Below are positions 10,840-19,368 of a stretch of DNA of 32,000 nt, in pieces. The notes beneath the pieces are model-generated. The model ran no database searches, was not told where the DNA came from, and saw only the letters and a program-made list of their open reading frames with translations. This stretch comes from Bacillus subtilis subsp. subtilis str. 168 (GTDB lineage Bacteria; Bacillota; Bacilli; Bacillales; Bacillaceae). Every line of letters begins with the position of its first letter. Within the stretch, counting starts at the first letter, position 1. The translations under genes were made by a program, and so were the position numbers. Location: positions 900,001-932,000 of the forward strand of contig NC_000964.3 in NCBI RefSeq assembly GCF_000009045.1, written 5' to 3'.

Positions 10840-11928
10840 ATGCAAATTAAAGAAATTTTTATGATCCGCTGCATTTCGTGCTTAAGTGTCGTCTTGCTCC
10901 ATATCATTTCAATGGTCCTGATGCTTCAGGCAGAAGCTCTTGCAGATATTTCTCACACTGTTGATTCTTTCCGCACACTCCTGATGTTCAGCACGCCCGC
11001 TTTTATTTTCATCTCTGAATTTTTACTGGCCCGTTCTTATCCTGATGGGGTGCCTGACGGTTTTTTAAAGAAGCGGGGAAAAGTGATTTTTGTTCCTTTT
11101 TTATTTATCGCAGCCATCGATGCGCTGCTGATGACCAGTGCGATGGGGGGAGAGGTAACCTTTCTCGCGTTTGTGCAAAAATATCTGGCGAACGTATTCT
11201 TAGGAAACTTTATCGGATACTTCATTCTCGTCATCTTTCAATTTTACATGCTGCATATGATGTTTCATGAGTATTTGAAAAAAGCATCGCCGAAATGGGT
11301 GCTGTCTATCTCATTTGTGGTGACAGCCGCTTATTTAGGCTATTTCTCCGCAGCCAGCCCGGCTCCTGCTTCTGAAGAGGGAGGGGCATTTCCGTTCTTC
11401 TGGGTTCCGTTCGCAGGCTGGCTTTTCTACTTTTGTCTAGCCTACTATTGCGGAAAAGAATACAAGCGTTTTTTAGCGCTGCTGAACCAATACCGCTGGG
11501 TGGTGTACGGCGCCGCAATTGCTTCTGGGGCGCTGGTTGTCACTGTTTCTTATGTCGGTGAAATCGGCATGATCAGCTCGAAGCGGCCTGATATCATGCT
11601 GTATTCAACAAGCATGATTTTCCTGTGTTTTCATTTGTTTTCCAAAATGAAGCATGTGCCGAAAATCATGATGTTTATCAGCAACTATTCCTTTTCGATT
11701 TATCTGCTTCATGCCTATTTTATGATTATAGGCTACGTGTTGCTTTTGAATATGCCCGAAATTCCTGCCGTACCGGCTGTTCTCCTGTTGTTTGCCGTGT
11801 GCACAGCCGGCCCGATTATGACCTCATGGGCGCTGAATAAGTTCAAATACGGGTATTTATTTGTGGGGAAAATTTATCAGCCAAAACAGAAGAAGGTAAC
11901 AGTCGAAGTGCGTGATCACGCAGGGTGA
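10840..11928 (+). CDS. yfiQ: Multispanning membrane acyltransferase (acyltransferase 3 family)
   Basis: 362 aa; MIRCISCLSVVLLHI N-terminus with a catalytic-type His in TM1, about 10 TM segments. Confidence 0.85.
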   Translation: MQIKEIFMIRCISCLSVVLLHIISMVLMLQAEALADISHTVDSFRTLLMFSTPAFIFISEFLLARSYPDGVPDGFLKKRGKVIFVPFLFIAAIDALLMTSAMGGEVTFLAFVQKYLANVFLGNFIGYFILVIFQFYMLHMMFHEYLKKASPKWVLSISFVVTAAYLGYFSAASPAPASEEGGAFPFFWVPFAGWLFYFCLAYYCGKEYKRFLALLNQYRWVVYGAAIASGALVVTVSYVGEIGMISSKRPDIMLYSTSMIFLCFHLFSKMKHVPKIMMFISNYSFSIYLLHAYFMIIGYVLLLNMPEIPAVPAVLLLFAVCTAGPIMTSWALNKFKYGYLFVGKIYQPKQKKVTVEVRDHAG

Positions 11929-11935
11929 AAAACAA

Positions 11936-11957
11936 GCGGCAGGAGGGCTCCTGCCGC
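11936..11957. terminator. Inverted repeat between convergent yfiQ and yfiR
   Basis: GCGGCAGGAG GG CTCCTGCCGC; 10-bp G/C stem with a short 3' T run (GTTTCTTT). Confidence 0.55.
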
Positions 11958-11963
11958 GTTTCT

Positions 11964-12581
11964 TTACTTCTCATCCGCTTGCAGAACTGTTTTTAAATAT
12001 AGTTTTGCAGACTCAGCAAGTCCAGATACATCAGCCTTTTCTTCATCGAAATACAGGGCGTTTTGAATGATGCCGTCATTCATATTGAGGAAAAACTTGG
12101 CGATAGTCGCAAGAGGCTGAACCGGCTGAAACTCTCCCTGATCGATCCCTTTTTGCAATAGCCTTGAAAACCTTTCCACAAAAAGATCATACCTTTTCTC
12201 CAAATACTGCCGCCGTTCTTCATTGCGCCAAGCTGTCACTAAATATTCAAATTGCACCGGCGCCAGCGTATCTGCTACATCTCGCAGGCCCTCAGTCAGT
12301 TCATCCAAATAGCTGGAAATGGAGGCCCAAACACTTTGGTGTTCAGCTGATTTATCAAGCTTTCGGAGTCCTTCATCCAGCCCTGTTTCAATAATGCGGC
12401 GAAACATCTCCTCAGTGCTTGAAAAATAAAGATAGACACCGCCCCGGCTGAAACCTGACTCTTCTACAACATCCTTCATCGTCGTTAATTCGAATCCTTT
12501 TCGTTTAAAAACCGTTTTGGCAGCCTCTAAAATCTCTGCCTGCCGTTTATCCTTGTGCTCCTTTGTTACTTTTGGTGACAA
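11964..12581 (-). CDS. yfiR: TetR/AcrR family transcriptional regulator
   Basis: HTH ILEAAKTVFKRKGFELTTMKDVVEESGFSRGGVYLYFSS. ORF track opens at 12602; TTG at 12581 gives MSPKVTKEHK (205 aa) with an upstream G-rich RBS. Confidence 0.87.
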   Translation of the reverse strand: MSPKVTKEHKDKRQAEILEAAKTVFKRKGFELTTMKDVVEESGFSRGGVYLYFSSTEEMFRRIIETGLDEGLRKLDKSAEHQSVWASISSYLDELTEGLRDVADTLAPVQFEYLVTAWRNEERRQYLEKRYDLFVERFSRLLQKGIDQGEFQPVQPLATIAKFFLNMNDGIIQNALYFDEEKADVSGLAESAKLYLKTVLQADEK

Positions 12582-13800
12582 GATATCGCCTGCTTTCTGC
12601 AATTTTCTTACCTATAAGTGTAATCAACCCAATCATGATCAGCAAGCAGCCACAGACAAGAAAAGCAAGTGATACACCGATCCATTCCGCCAGCACGCCC
12701 CCGCCCGCCATGCCGAGGATAGAGGCGAGGGTTGTCGCACTCTGAATAGCGCCGAACACCCTACCGCTGTAATCGACAGGCACTGTTGTTTGCACGAGAA
12801 TCTGAAATGGAATATGGACGAGGCCGAAAGCCGCCCCCATGATGAAAAAAGCAAATATAAAGAGAGTGATGCCGGCAATTCCCATACCGCTTAGGAATGG
12901 CGCACCTCCAGTTGCTAGTCCAAGAAGAAGGGTTCCAGCTGAGAAATAAAGCAAATAAGAAGTGATTCGCCGTCTGCCGGTAATGGCCGCTGTAAGGAGC
13001 ATCCCGGCTCCGCTTACGGCCATGCACCAGCCTGCCAGCTCGGGCGGAGCTCCTGAAAAGGAGCGGATAAGAATAATCGCTTGGGAATCACCAATCTGCA
13101 AAACAAAGAGAACGACACAAGCTGTTAGTAAGCCTGTTAATAGAAGCGGCATCCGTTTCAAAAACTGAAGGCCTTCCTTGATAGAAGTAAGTGCTGCTGT
13201 TTTTTCTTGAGGTGTATTGGCTTTTTGTAAAAAAGCATCTCTGGGAAGGAAAAACAAAATGACAGCGGAAAGAAAGAAGGCGCCGGCGTTTATATAAAAA
13301 ACAGAGTGTATCGAGAAAGCAGCGATCAGCGTGCCGCCAAGGGCAGGGCCGAAGATTTTTGAGCTGTTATCAATGATGCTGCTGACGGAAACGGCCTGCT
13401 GAATGTGTGCTTCCGGAGCCAATTCCTTAAGCTTTCCGTTTTTAGCAGGTAAAAAAAGTGAAGAAAAACAGCTCTGAACGGATAGCAATACGTAAAGCTG
13501 CCAAAGCTCACTGACATAAACGCAGCTGATAACAGTGAGGGCACGGCCGATTTCAGATAGAAACATGATCGTTTTTCTGTCAAAACGGTCGGCAAGCAGA
13601 CCCGATACAGGTCCGAGTACAATGACAGGCAAAGCAAACGACATCATTAAAAGCGACATATCTAATGGAGAAGCATGAAGCTGAAAAGCGGCTAATGTTA
13701 GCACGGCCAAAATGTGAAGCCAGTCTCCAAGTGAAGAAATGGTTTGCGAGGCTAACAGTGTCATCAGTCCTTTTTGATTGCGAAACAACGGTTTTTCCAT
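12547..13800 (-). CDS. yfiS: MFS transporter (enterobactin exporter/MdfA-like)
   Basis: 417 aa; 12 TM pattern, GLLADRFDRKTIM loop motif; AGGAGG RBS; overlaps the start of yfiR. Confidence 0.88.
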   Translation of the reverse strand: MEKPLFRNQKGLMTLLASQTISSLGDWLHILAVLTLAAFQLHASPLDMSLLMMSFALPVIVLGPVSGLLADRFDRKTIMFLSEIGRALTVISCVYVSELWQLYVLLSVQSCFSSLFLPAKNGKLKELAPEAHIQQAVSVSSIIDNSSKIFGPALGGTLIAAFSIHSVFYINAGAFFLSAVILFFLPRDAFLQKANTPQEKTAALTSIKEGLQFLKRMPLLLTGLLTACVVLFVLQIGDSQAIILIRSFSGAPPELAGWCMAVSGAGMLLTAAITGRRRITSYLLYFSAGTLLLGLATGGAPFLSGMGIAGITLFIFAFFIMGAAFGLVHIPFQILVQTTVPVDYSGRVFGAIQSATTLASILGMAGGGVLAEWIGVSLAFLVCGCLLIMIGLITLIGKKIAESRRYLVTKSNKGAQG

Positions 13801-13825
13801 GATTCATCCTCCTGATTATTAAAAT

Positions 13826-13837
13826 GACACTAGTGTC
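13826..13837. promoter_or_regulatory. Candidate TetR-type operator for yfiSR
   Basis: Perfect 12-bp palindrome GACACTAGTGTC, with flanks AAAAT...GTTTT extending it with one mismatch; lies just downstream of a predicted -10. Confidence 0.65.
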
Positions 13838-13844
13838 GTTTTTA

Positions 13845-13873
13845 ATTGTATGGGAAAAAGACACAATATACAA
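13845..13873 (-). promoter_or_regulatory. Candidate sigma-A promoter for yfiSR
   Basis: On the minus strand: TTGTAT - 17 nt - TACAAT. Confidence 0.6.
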
Positions 13874-13923
13874 TCTTTTTCTTGTAAAATAAAGGAGAAG
13901 ATTGAATAGAAGGGAGAACATTC

Positions 13924-14460
13924 ATGACATCAGTCAATCTAAGCTACCCAATAGGAGAATACAAGCCGAGGGAATCCATATCGAAGGAGCAAAAAGATAA
14001 ATGGATTCAAGTACTTGAAGAAGTGCCGGCAAAATTGAAGCAAGCTGTAGAGGTCATGACGGACAGCCAGCTTGACACACCGTACCGGGACGGTGGATGG
14101 ACCGTTCGGCAAGTTGTTCATCATCTGGCTGACAGTCATATGAACAGCTATATTCGTTTTAAATTGAGCTTGACGGAAGAGACACCGGCTATCCGTCCGT
14201 ATGATGAAAAAGCATGGTCGGAGCTAAAAGACTCGAAAACGGCAGATCCGAGCGGCTCACTCGCGCTTTTGCAGGAGCTTCACGGAAGATGGACGGCTCT
14301 GCTCCGCACCCTGACGGATCAGCAATTTAAGCGCGGATTTTATCACCCTGATACAAAGGAGATCATTACCCTGGAGAACGCGCTCGGCCTGTATGTCTGG
14401 CACTCACATCACCATATCGCTCATATTACGGAGCTTTCCAGACGGATGGGGTGGTCTTAA
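13924..14460 (+). CDS. yfiT: DinB/YfiT-family putative metal-dependent hydrolase (bacillithiol S-transferase-like)
   Basis: 178 aa; DinB-fold His pattern VRQVVHHLADSHMN ... WHSHHHIAHI. Confidence 0.88.
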   Translation: MTSVNLSYPIGEYKPRESISKEQKDKWIQVLEEVPAKLKQAVEVMTDSQLDTPYRDGGWTVRQVVHHLADSHMNSYIRFKLSLTEETPAIRPYDEKAWSELKDSKTADPSGSLALLQELHGRWTALLRTLTDQQFKRGFYHPDTKEIITLENALGLYVWHSHHHIAHITELSRRMGWS

Positions 14461-16013
14461 CGCTTTTGCCGGCGGAAAGCCGGAATACTGATAGCAGCAA
14501 TCACCAGAAGTGAGACCACAGCAGCCGCTGCATATAAATGATCATAGCCGCTGGCGACACTCGCATGAATGGCGTCGCTTATCGCGGTTTTGACTTCAGG
14601 AACGGGAATGCGTTCGATTTGTTCTTGTAAAGAAGAAACTTCAGAACTGTCGATCTCCGGAATCATCTGCATCGCCTTTTCTGAATATCCGCTGTCCGAT
14701 AAGCGGCTGTTGATCTCATCACCTATTTGGTCAAACCCGGCTGTGATAAAACCTGCATAAAGAGTAGGCGCCAAGGTCAGTCCAATTTGCCTTACTAATG
14801 AAAGCGTGCCAAGAGCTGTACCCTTATTTGTTTTTGCCGCTTCTGATACAAGGACGTTCAGCGGAGCGCCTAACAGAAAGCCAAAACCGATCCCAGCTGC
14901 CACACTTGCGATCACAAACTCCCATTTTTCCGTGACCCAGAGCGGAAATAAAGCAAACCCCGCACATGAGATGATTCCCGAAAGAATAACGGTTTTTACA
15001 GGACCTTTTTTGTCGGTAAGTGCTCCGCCAAGCCAAGCGCCGATTCCGGAAGCCAACGCAAGCGGTGTCATCCAATAGCCTGCTTTTGCGGCAGGGACAC
15101 CCAAATACTGTTCGACATATGACGGGATAAAAATGACTGCCGCCAAGAGCCCCCCGGATAACAAACCGATGATAAGCGTGCGCTGAAACATATGGTTTCG
15201 CAGCAGAGAATACGCCAAAATGGGATCGCCTCCTCGCATTTCAACTCTCTTTTCATACGAGATAAGCGCTGCAAAACAGAGTATGCCAAAAATAATACAT
15301 CCATAAACCTCCGGATTCCCCAAGCTGTGTAAGAGATTTGCCCCGTCAAGATTGGTCATGCCGTACATCACAGCTAAAATCGACAGGGACAAAAGGAAGA
15401 TTCCGGCCGCATCGAGGCGCTTAGCCTCAGGTGCTTTTGTTTCCGCGATAAAACATGCGCCGAAAACAACCAATAGCACGGCAATCGGCAAATTAATCAA
15501 AAATAGCCAATGCCAAGACCCGGTCCAATCAAGCAGAAAGCTTCCGATATTTGGCCCGAGCACAGCGGCCATCCCGTTCATTGCGCCAAGCAGCCCAAGC
15601 GCCTTCCCCTGTTTTTCCTTTGGAAGGGTCGCGAGAATGTGAGAGCTGCCGATGATGAAAATCCCGCCGCCTCCAAGCGCCTGAATCAGCCGCGATATCA
15701 GAAAGAGCGGGAAGCTTTGGCTCAAAGCAACAAGCAAAGAACCAAGTCCGAACAGGCAAACCTCAATGAGAAAGAGTTTTTTTCTGCCGTAGCGGTCGGA
15801 AAGTTTTCCGACGATTGGCACACTGACGCTAAGACCGAGCGTATAAAGGGTAATGCCCCATGATCCCCAGGAAGGGGAAACGGAAAACGACTCGTTTATC
15901 GTTGTTAAAGCAGCCGAAATAATTCCGTTATCTAAAGCAGCCATAAACACGCCAATCGTAAACAGGCTGATTGCCCACTTTTGGCTTTTCTGCTCTGTTA
16001 ATGCTTCAGACAT
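14457..16013 (-). CDS. yfiU: MFS multidrug efflux transporter, DHA2 (EmrB/QacA) family
   Basis: 14-TM pattern, FMAALDNGIISAALTTI motif, GKLSDRYGRKK. ORF track opens at TTG 16022; ATG 16013 has a better-spaced AAAGGAG. Confidence 0.87.
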   Translation of the reverse strand: MSEALTEQKSQKWAISLFTIGVFMAALDNGIISAALTTINESFSVSPSWGSWGITLYTLGLSVSVPIVGKLSDRYGRKKLFLIEVCLFGLGSLLVALSQSFPLFLISRLIQALGGGGIFIIGSSHILATLPKEKQGKALGLLGAMNGMAAVLGPNIGSFLLDWTGSWHWLFLINLPIAVLLVVFGACFIAETKAPEAKRLDAAGIFLLSLSILAVMYGMTNLDGANLLHSLGNPEVYGCIIFGILCFAALISYEKRVEMRGGDPILAYSLLRNHMFQRTLIIGLLSGGLLAAVIFIPSYVEQYLGVPAAKAGYWMTPLALASGIGAWLGGALTDKKGPVKTVILSGIISCAGFALFPLWVTEKWEFVIASVAAGIGFGFLLGAPLNVLVSEAAKTNKGTALGTLSLVRQIGLTLAPTLYAGFITAGFDQIGDEINSRLSDSGYSEKAMQMIPEIDSSEVSSLQEQIERIPVPEVKTAISDAIHASVASGYDHLYAAAAVVSLLVIAAISIPAFRRQKR

Positions 16014-16046
16014 TTTCGTCAACTCCTTTTAGTTCACTTGAAATAT

Positions 16047-16076
16047 ATTATTCATTTTAAATGAACTAAATGTCAA
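16047..16076 (-). promoter_or_regulatory. Candidate yfiU promoter
   Basis: On the minus strand: TTGACA (16076-16071) - 18 nt - AATAAT (16052-16047). Confidence 0.6.
16051..16065. promoter_or_regulatory. Candidate MarR-type operator (YfiV?)
   Basis: TTCATTT-T-AAATGAA 7-1-7 perfect inverted repeat mostly within the promoter spacer; a second TTCACTTGAA half-element lies at 16033-16042. Confidence 0.55.
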
Positions 16077-16123
16077 ATAAAAAAAGCCTGCTCCCGCAGT
16101 TTGCGGATGACAGACTTACTGAT

Positions 16124-16606
16124 TTATTCTTTTTTCGCATTCTCTAATGCTCTTGAAAGGATAGACAGCCCTTCGTAAACAGCCTGCTTTTCTTCAGGGG
16201 ACAGCAGCTCTAATGAACGCTTCAATTTCAGGTGGCCCTTTTCATACAAACCCCGGAAAATCTTTTTCGCATTCTCTGTCAACTGAACAACTACAGAGCG
16301 GCGGTCCTCTTCAGAATGTGAGCGTTTGACAAATCCTGATTTTTCAAGCCGGTCAAGCAGCCCAGTTGTATTGGACAGGGAAGCCCCCATTTTTTCAGCA
16401 ATGTCGCTCACTTTCAATGTTCCATGGTTGTTTAATAGCATCAGCACCTTCATTTGCGGCATGCTCATATCCAGTTTCATCCACTCGGACACATCACCGA
16501 GCCCGGCGGACGTTAAGACTTTCATATAGAGCACCCATATTTCCCGTTCCTCCGATGAAAGAATGTTTTCGTTTAAGACTGTTGTATCGTGTAAATTATA
16601 TTCCAT
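16124..16606 (-). CDS. yfiV: MarR family transcriptional regulator
   Basis: 160 aa; wHTH LMLLNNHGTLKVSDIAEKMGASLSNTTGLLDRLEKSGFVKRSHSEEDRRSVVVQLT. Confidence 0.9.
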   Translation of the reverse strand: MEYNLHDTTVLNENILSSEEREIWVLYMKVLTSAGLGDVSEWMKLDMSMPQMKVLMLLNNHGTLKVSDIAEKMGASLSNTTGLLDRLEKSGFVKRSHSEEDRRSVVVQLTENAKKIFRGLYEKGHLKLKRSLELLSPEEKQAVYEGLSILSRALENAKKE

Positions 16607-16694
16607 TTCATCACTTCCTCATCATTCACTCCTCTTACCATATTACTCGATTTTCACTCCTGAAAGAAAGTGAGCAGAAACCGCATGCGGGACT

Positions 16695-16723
16695 TTGTCC
16701 GAAAAATAACGGTAGTGTATAAT
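16695..16723 (+). promoter_or_regulatory. Candidate sigma-A promoter for mprF
   Basis: TTGTCC - 17 nt - TATAAT, about 55 nt upstream of the mprF start. Confidence 0.65.
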
Positions 16724-16777
16724 GAGTTGGAGATTATTGGGGGAGAGGATCGAACTAGAATATGATTGGAGAGACCA

Positions 16778-19348
16778 TTGCTGATTAAAAAGAATGCTTT
16801 ATCAATATTAAAAATCGTTTTTCCTATTGCTGTTTTGCTATTTGTTATTTATCAATCGAAAAAAGAACTGACAAATCTGTCATTCAAACGTACGCTCATG
16901 GTCATCAACGGACTGGAACGAACGGATTTATTCATGCTTGTGTTGATCGGCTTGCTGGCTGTTGCGGCTATGTCGCTGTATGATTACGTCCTGAAGTACT
17001 CACTGCGCCTATCGATCACAAACGGAAAAGTTTTCAGGGTTTCCTGGATCGCCAATTCATTTAATAATGTGTTGGGATTCGGCGGTTTAGCCGGAGTCGG
17101 GTTAAGAATGATGTTCTATAAGGAGCATACGAAAGACCATAAGGCACTCGTGAAAGGAATCGCCTGGCTCACATCATCTATGCTGCTCGGATTATCTGTT
17201 TTCAGCATTTTCGTTGCTGCGAGAGTGCTGCCAGTTGATGAAGTGATTCATGAGAAGCCTTGGCTGTGGGCGGTCGTTATCGGTTTTGCACTGATATTGC
17301 CGTTATCTTTAGCGGTGTCCAAAATAAAAGACCGCAAAGCTGGGGACGAAGAGAATGCGGATAAAGTGAAAAATCCGATTTTCGCATATATTGGAGCTTC
17401 AGTTGTTGAATGGCTCATGGCCGGGACCGTCATCTATTTTGCTTTGTTCGCTATGGGCATTCATGCAGATATCAGGTATGTGTTCGGGGTGTTCGTCATT
17501 GCGGCGATCGGAGGAATGATCAGCCTCGTGCCGGGCGGCTTCGGCTCGTTTGACCTTTTATTTTTGCTGGGGATGGAGCAGCTTGGCTATCATCAAGAGG
17601 CCATCGTTACTTCTATTGTGTTGTACAGGCTCGCCTACTCATTTATCCCATTTATCTTGGGACTGTTCTTTGCCGCCGGCGACCTGACGGAAAATACAAT
17701 GAAGCGGCTCGAAACGAACCCGCGCATCGCACCGGCAATTGAGACGACAAACGTTCTGCTTGTTGTTCAGCGTGCGGTATTAGTGAGAATTTTGCAAGGC
17801 TCGCTTTCCCTTATTGTGTTCGTAGCAGGTCTGATTGTCTTGGCCTCAGTTTCCTTGCCGATTGACAGGCTGACGGTTATACCGCACATTCCGCGCCCGG
17901 CGCTTTTGCTGTTCAACGGCCTGTCCTTAAGCTCAGCGCTCATTCTGCTCATTTTGCCGATCGAGCTTTATAAACGGACAAAACGTTCCTACACGATGGC
18001 CATTACAGCGCTTGTCGGCGGCTTTGTGTTCAGCTTTTTAAAAGGGCTTAACATCAGCGCGATATTCGTACTGCCGATGATTATCGTATTGCTTGTGCTA
18101 TTGAAAAAACAATTTGTCCGCGAACAGGCATCCTATACACTGGGACAATTGATATTCGCTGTGGCGCTGTTTACTGTGGCGCTCTTTAACTACAATCTGA
18201 TCGCGGGCTTTATTTGGGACCGGATGAAGAAGGTGCTGCGTCACGAATATTTCGTCCACAGCACCTCGCATATTACACATGCAACCATCATGGCGATCAT
18301 CATTGTGCCGCTGTTCTTCTTGATATTTACAGTGGTCTATCATAAGAGAACGAAACCGATCGGAGAGAAAGCTGACCCTGAGCGTCTTGCTGCGTTTCTC
18401 AATGAAAAAGGCGGCAACGCGCTGAGCCATCTTGGTTTTCTTGGAGATAAGCGGTTTTATTTTTCTAGCGATGGAAATGCACTGCTTCTGTTTGGGAAAA
18501 TCGCCAGAAGGCTGGTCGTGCTCGGCGATCCATCTGGCCAAAGAGAATCATTCCCGCTCGTGCTGGAAGAATTTCTGAACGAAGCGCATCAGAAGGGATT
18601 CAGTGTTTTGTTCTATCAAATTGAACGAGAGGACATGGCGCTGTATCACGATTTTGGCTACAACTTCTTTAAATTGGGTGAGGAAGCATATGTAGATTTA
18701 AATACATTTACCTTGACTGGGAAGAAAAAAGCCGGCCTTCGGGCAATCAATAACCGCTTTGAGCGGGAGGAGTATACTTTCCATGTGGATCATCCCCCAT
18801 TTTCTGATGCGTTTTTGGAGGAGCTGAAGCAAATCTCAGACGAATGGCTCGGCTCGAAAAAAGAGAAGGGATTCTCGCTCGGATTTTTTGATCCTTCCTA
18901 TTTACAGAAAGCGCCGATCGCCTATATGAAAAATGCAGAAGGAGAGATCGTTGCATTCGCAAATGTCATGCCGATGTACCAGGAAGGAGAGATATCGGTC
19001 GATCTGATGCGCTATCGCGGCGACGCTCCAAATGGCATTATGGACGCATTGTTTATCCGTATGTTTTTATGGGCAAAGGAAGAGGGCTGTACGTCATTTA
19101 ATATGGGGATGGCACCCTTGGCCAATGTCGGCACTGCCTTTACATCCTTCTGGTCCGAAAGGTTTGCCGCTGTCATTTTTAATAATGTCAGATACATGTA
19201 CAGTTTCAGCGGCCTAAGAGCCTTTAAAGAAAAATATAAACCGGAGTGGCGAGGGAAATACTTAGCGTATCGGAAAAACAGATCTCTTTCTGTCACCATG
19301 TTCCTCGTTACACGTCTGATTGGCAAAAGCAAAAAAGACTCCGTCTAA
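16778..19348 (+). CDS. mprF: Phosphatidylglycerol lysyltransferase/flippase MprF
   Basis: N-terminal multi-TM flippase domain plus C-terminal GNAT-like DUF2156 synthase domain (TDQRINNRF-type region: GKKKAGLRAINNRFEREEYTF...FNMGMAPLANVG). TTG at 16778 gives 856 aa; ORF track ATG at 16766 is the alternative. Confidence 0.92.
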   Translation: MLIKKNALSILKIVFPIAVLLFVIYQSKKELTNLSFKRTLMVINGLERTDLFMLVLIGLLAVAAMSLYDYVLKYSLRLSITNGKVFRVSWIANSFNNVLGFGGLAGVGLRMMFYKEHTKDHKALVKGIAWLTSSMLLGLSVFSIFVAARVLPVDEVIHEKPWLWAVVIGFALILPLSLAVSKIKDRKAGDEENADKVKNPIFAYIGASVVEWLMAGTVIYFALFAMGIHADIRYVFGVFVIAAIGGMISLVPGGFGSFDLLFLLGMEQLGYHQEAIVTSIVLYRLAYSFIPFILGLFFAAGDLTENTMKRLETNPRIAPAIETTNVLLVVQRAVLVRILQGSLSLIVFVAGLIVLASVSLPIDRLTVIPHIPRPALLLFNGLSLSSALILLILPIELYKRTKRSYTMAITALVGGFVFSFLKGLNISAIFVLPMIIVLLVLLKKQFVREQASYTLGQLIFAVALFTVALFNYNLIAGFIWDRMKKVLRHEYFVHSTSHITHATIMAIIIVPLFFLIFTVVYHKRTKPIGEKADPERLAAFLNEKGGNALSHLGFLGDKRFYFSSDGNALLLFGKIARRLVVLGDPSGQRESFPLVLEEFLNEAHQKGFSVLFYQIEREDMALYHDFGYNFFKLGEEAYVDLNTFTLTGKKKAGLRAINNRFEREEYTFHVDHPPFSDAFLEELKQISDEWLGSKKEKGFSLGFFDPSYLQKAPIAYMKNAEGEIVAFANVMPMYQEGEISVDLMRYRGDAPNGIMDALFIRMFLWAKEEGCTSFNMGMAPLANVGTAFTSFWSERFAAVIFNNVRYMYSFSGLRAFKEKYKPEWRGKYLAYRKNRSLSVTMFLVTRLIGKSKKDSV

Positions 19349-19368
19349 TAAGACGGAGTCTTTTTTTA
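19331..19368. terminator. Bidirectional terminator shared by mprF and yfiY
   Basis: AAAAAAGACTCCGTC TAATAA GACGGAGTCTTTTTTT. Confidence 0.9.

Noticed and set aside
16081-16103. Possible terminator after yfiV (GCCTGCTCCCGCAG with a T tract on the minus strand)
   Set aside because: The stem is only 4 bp when folded conservatively, so it is too weak to list as a feature, although some termination is possible.
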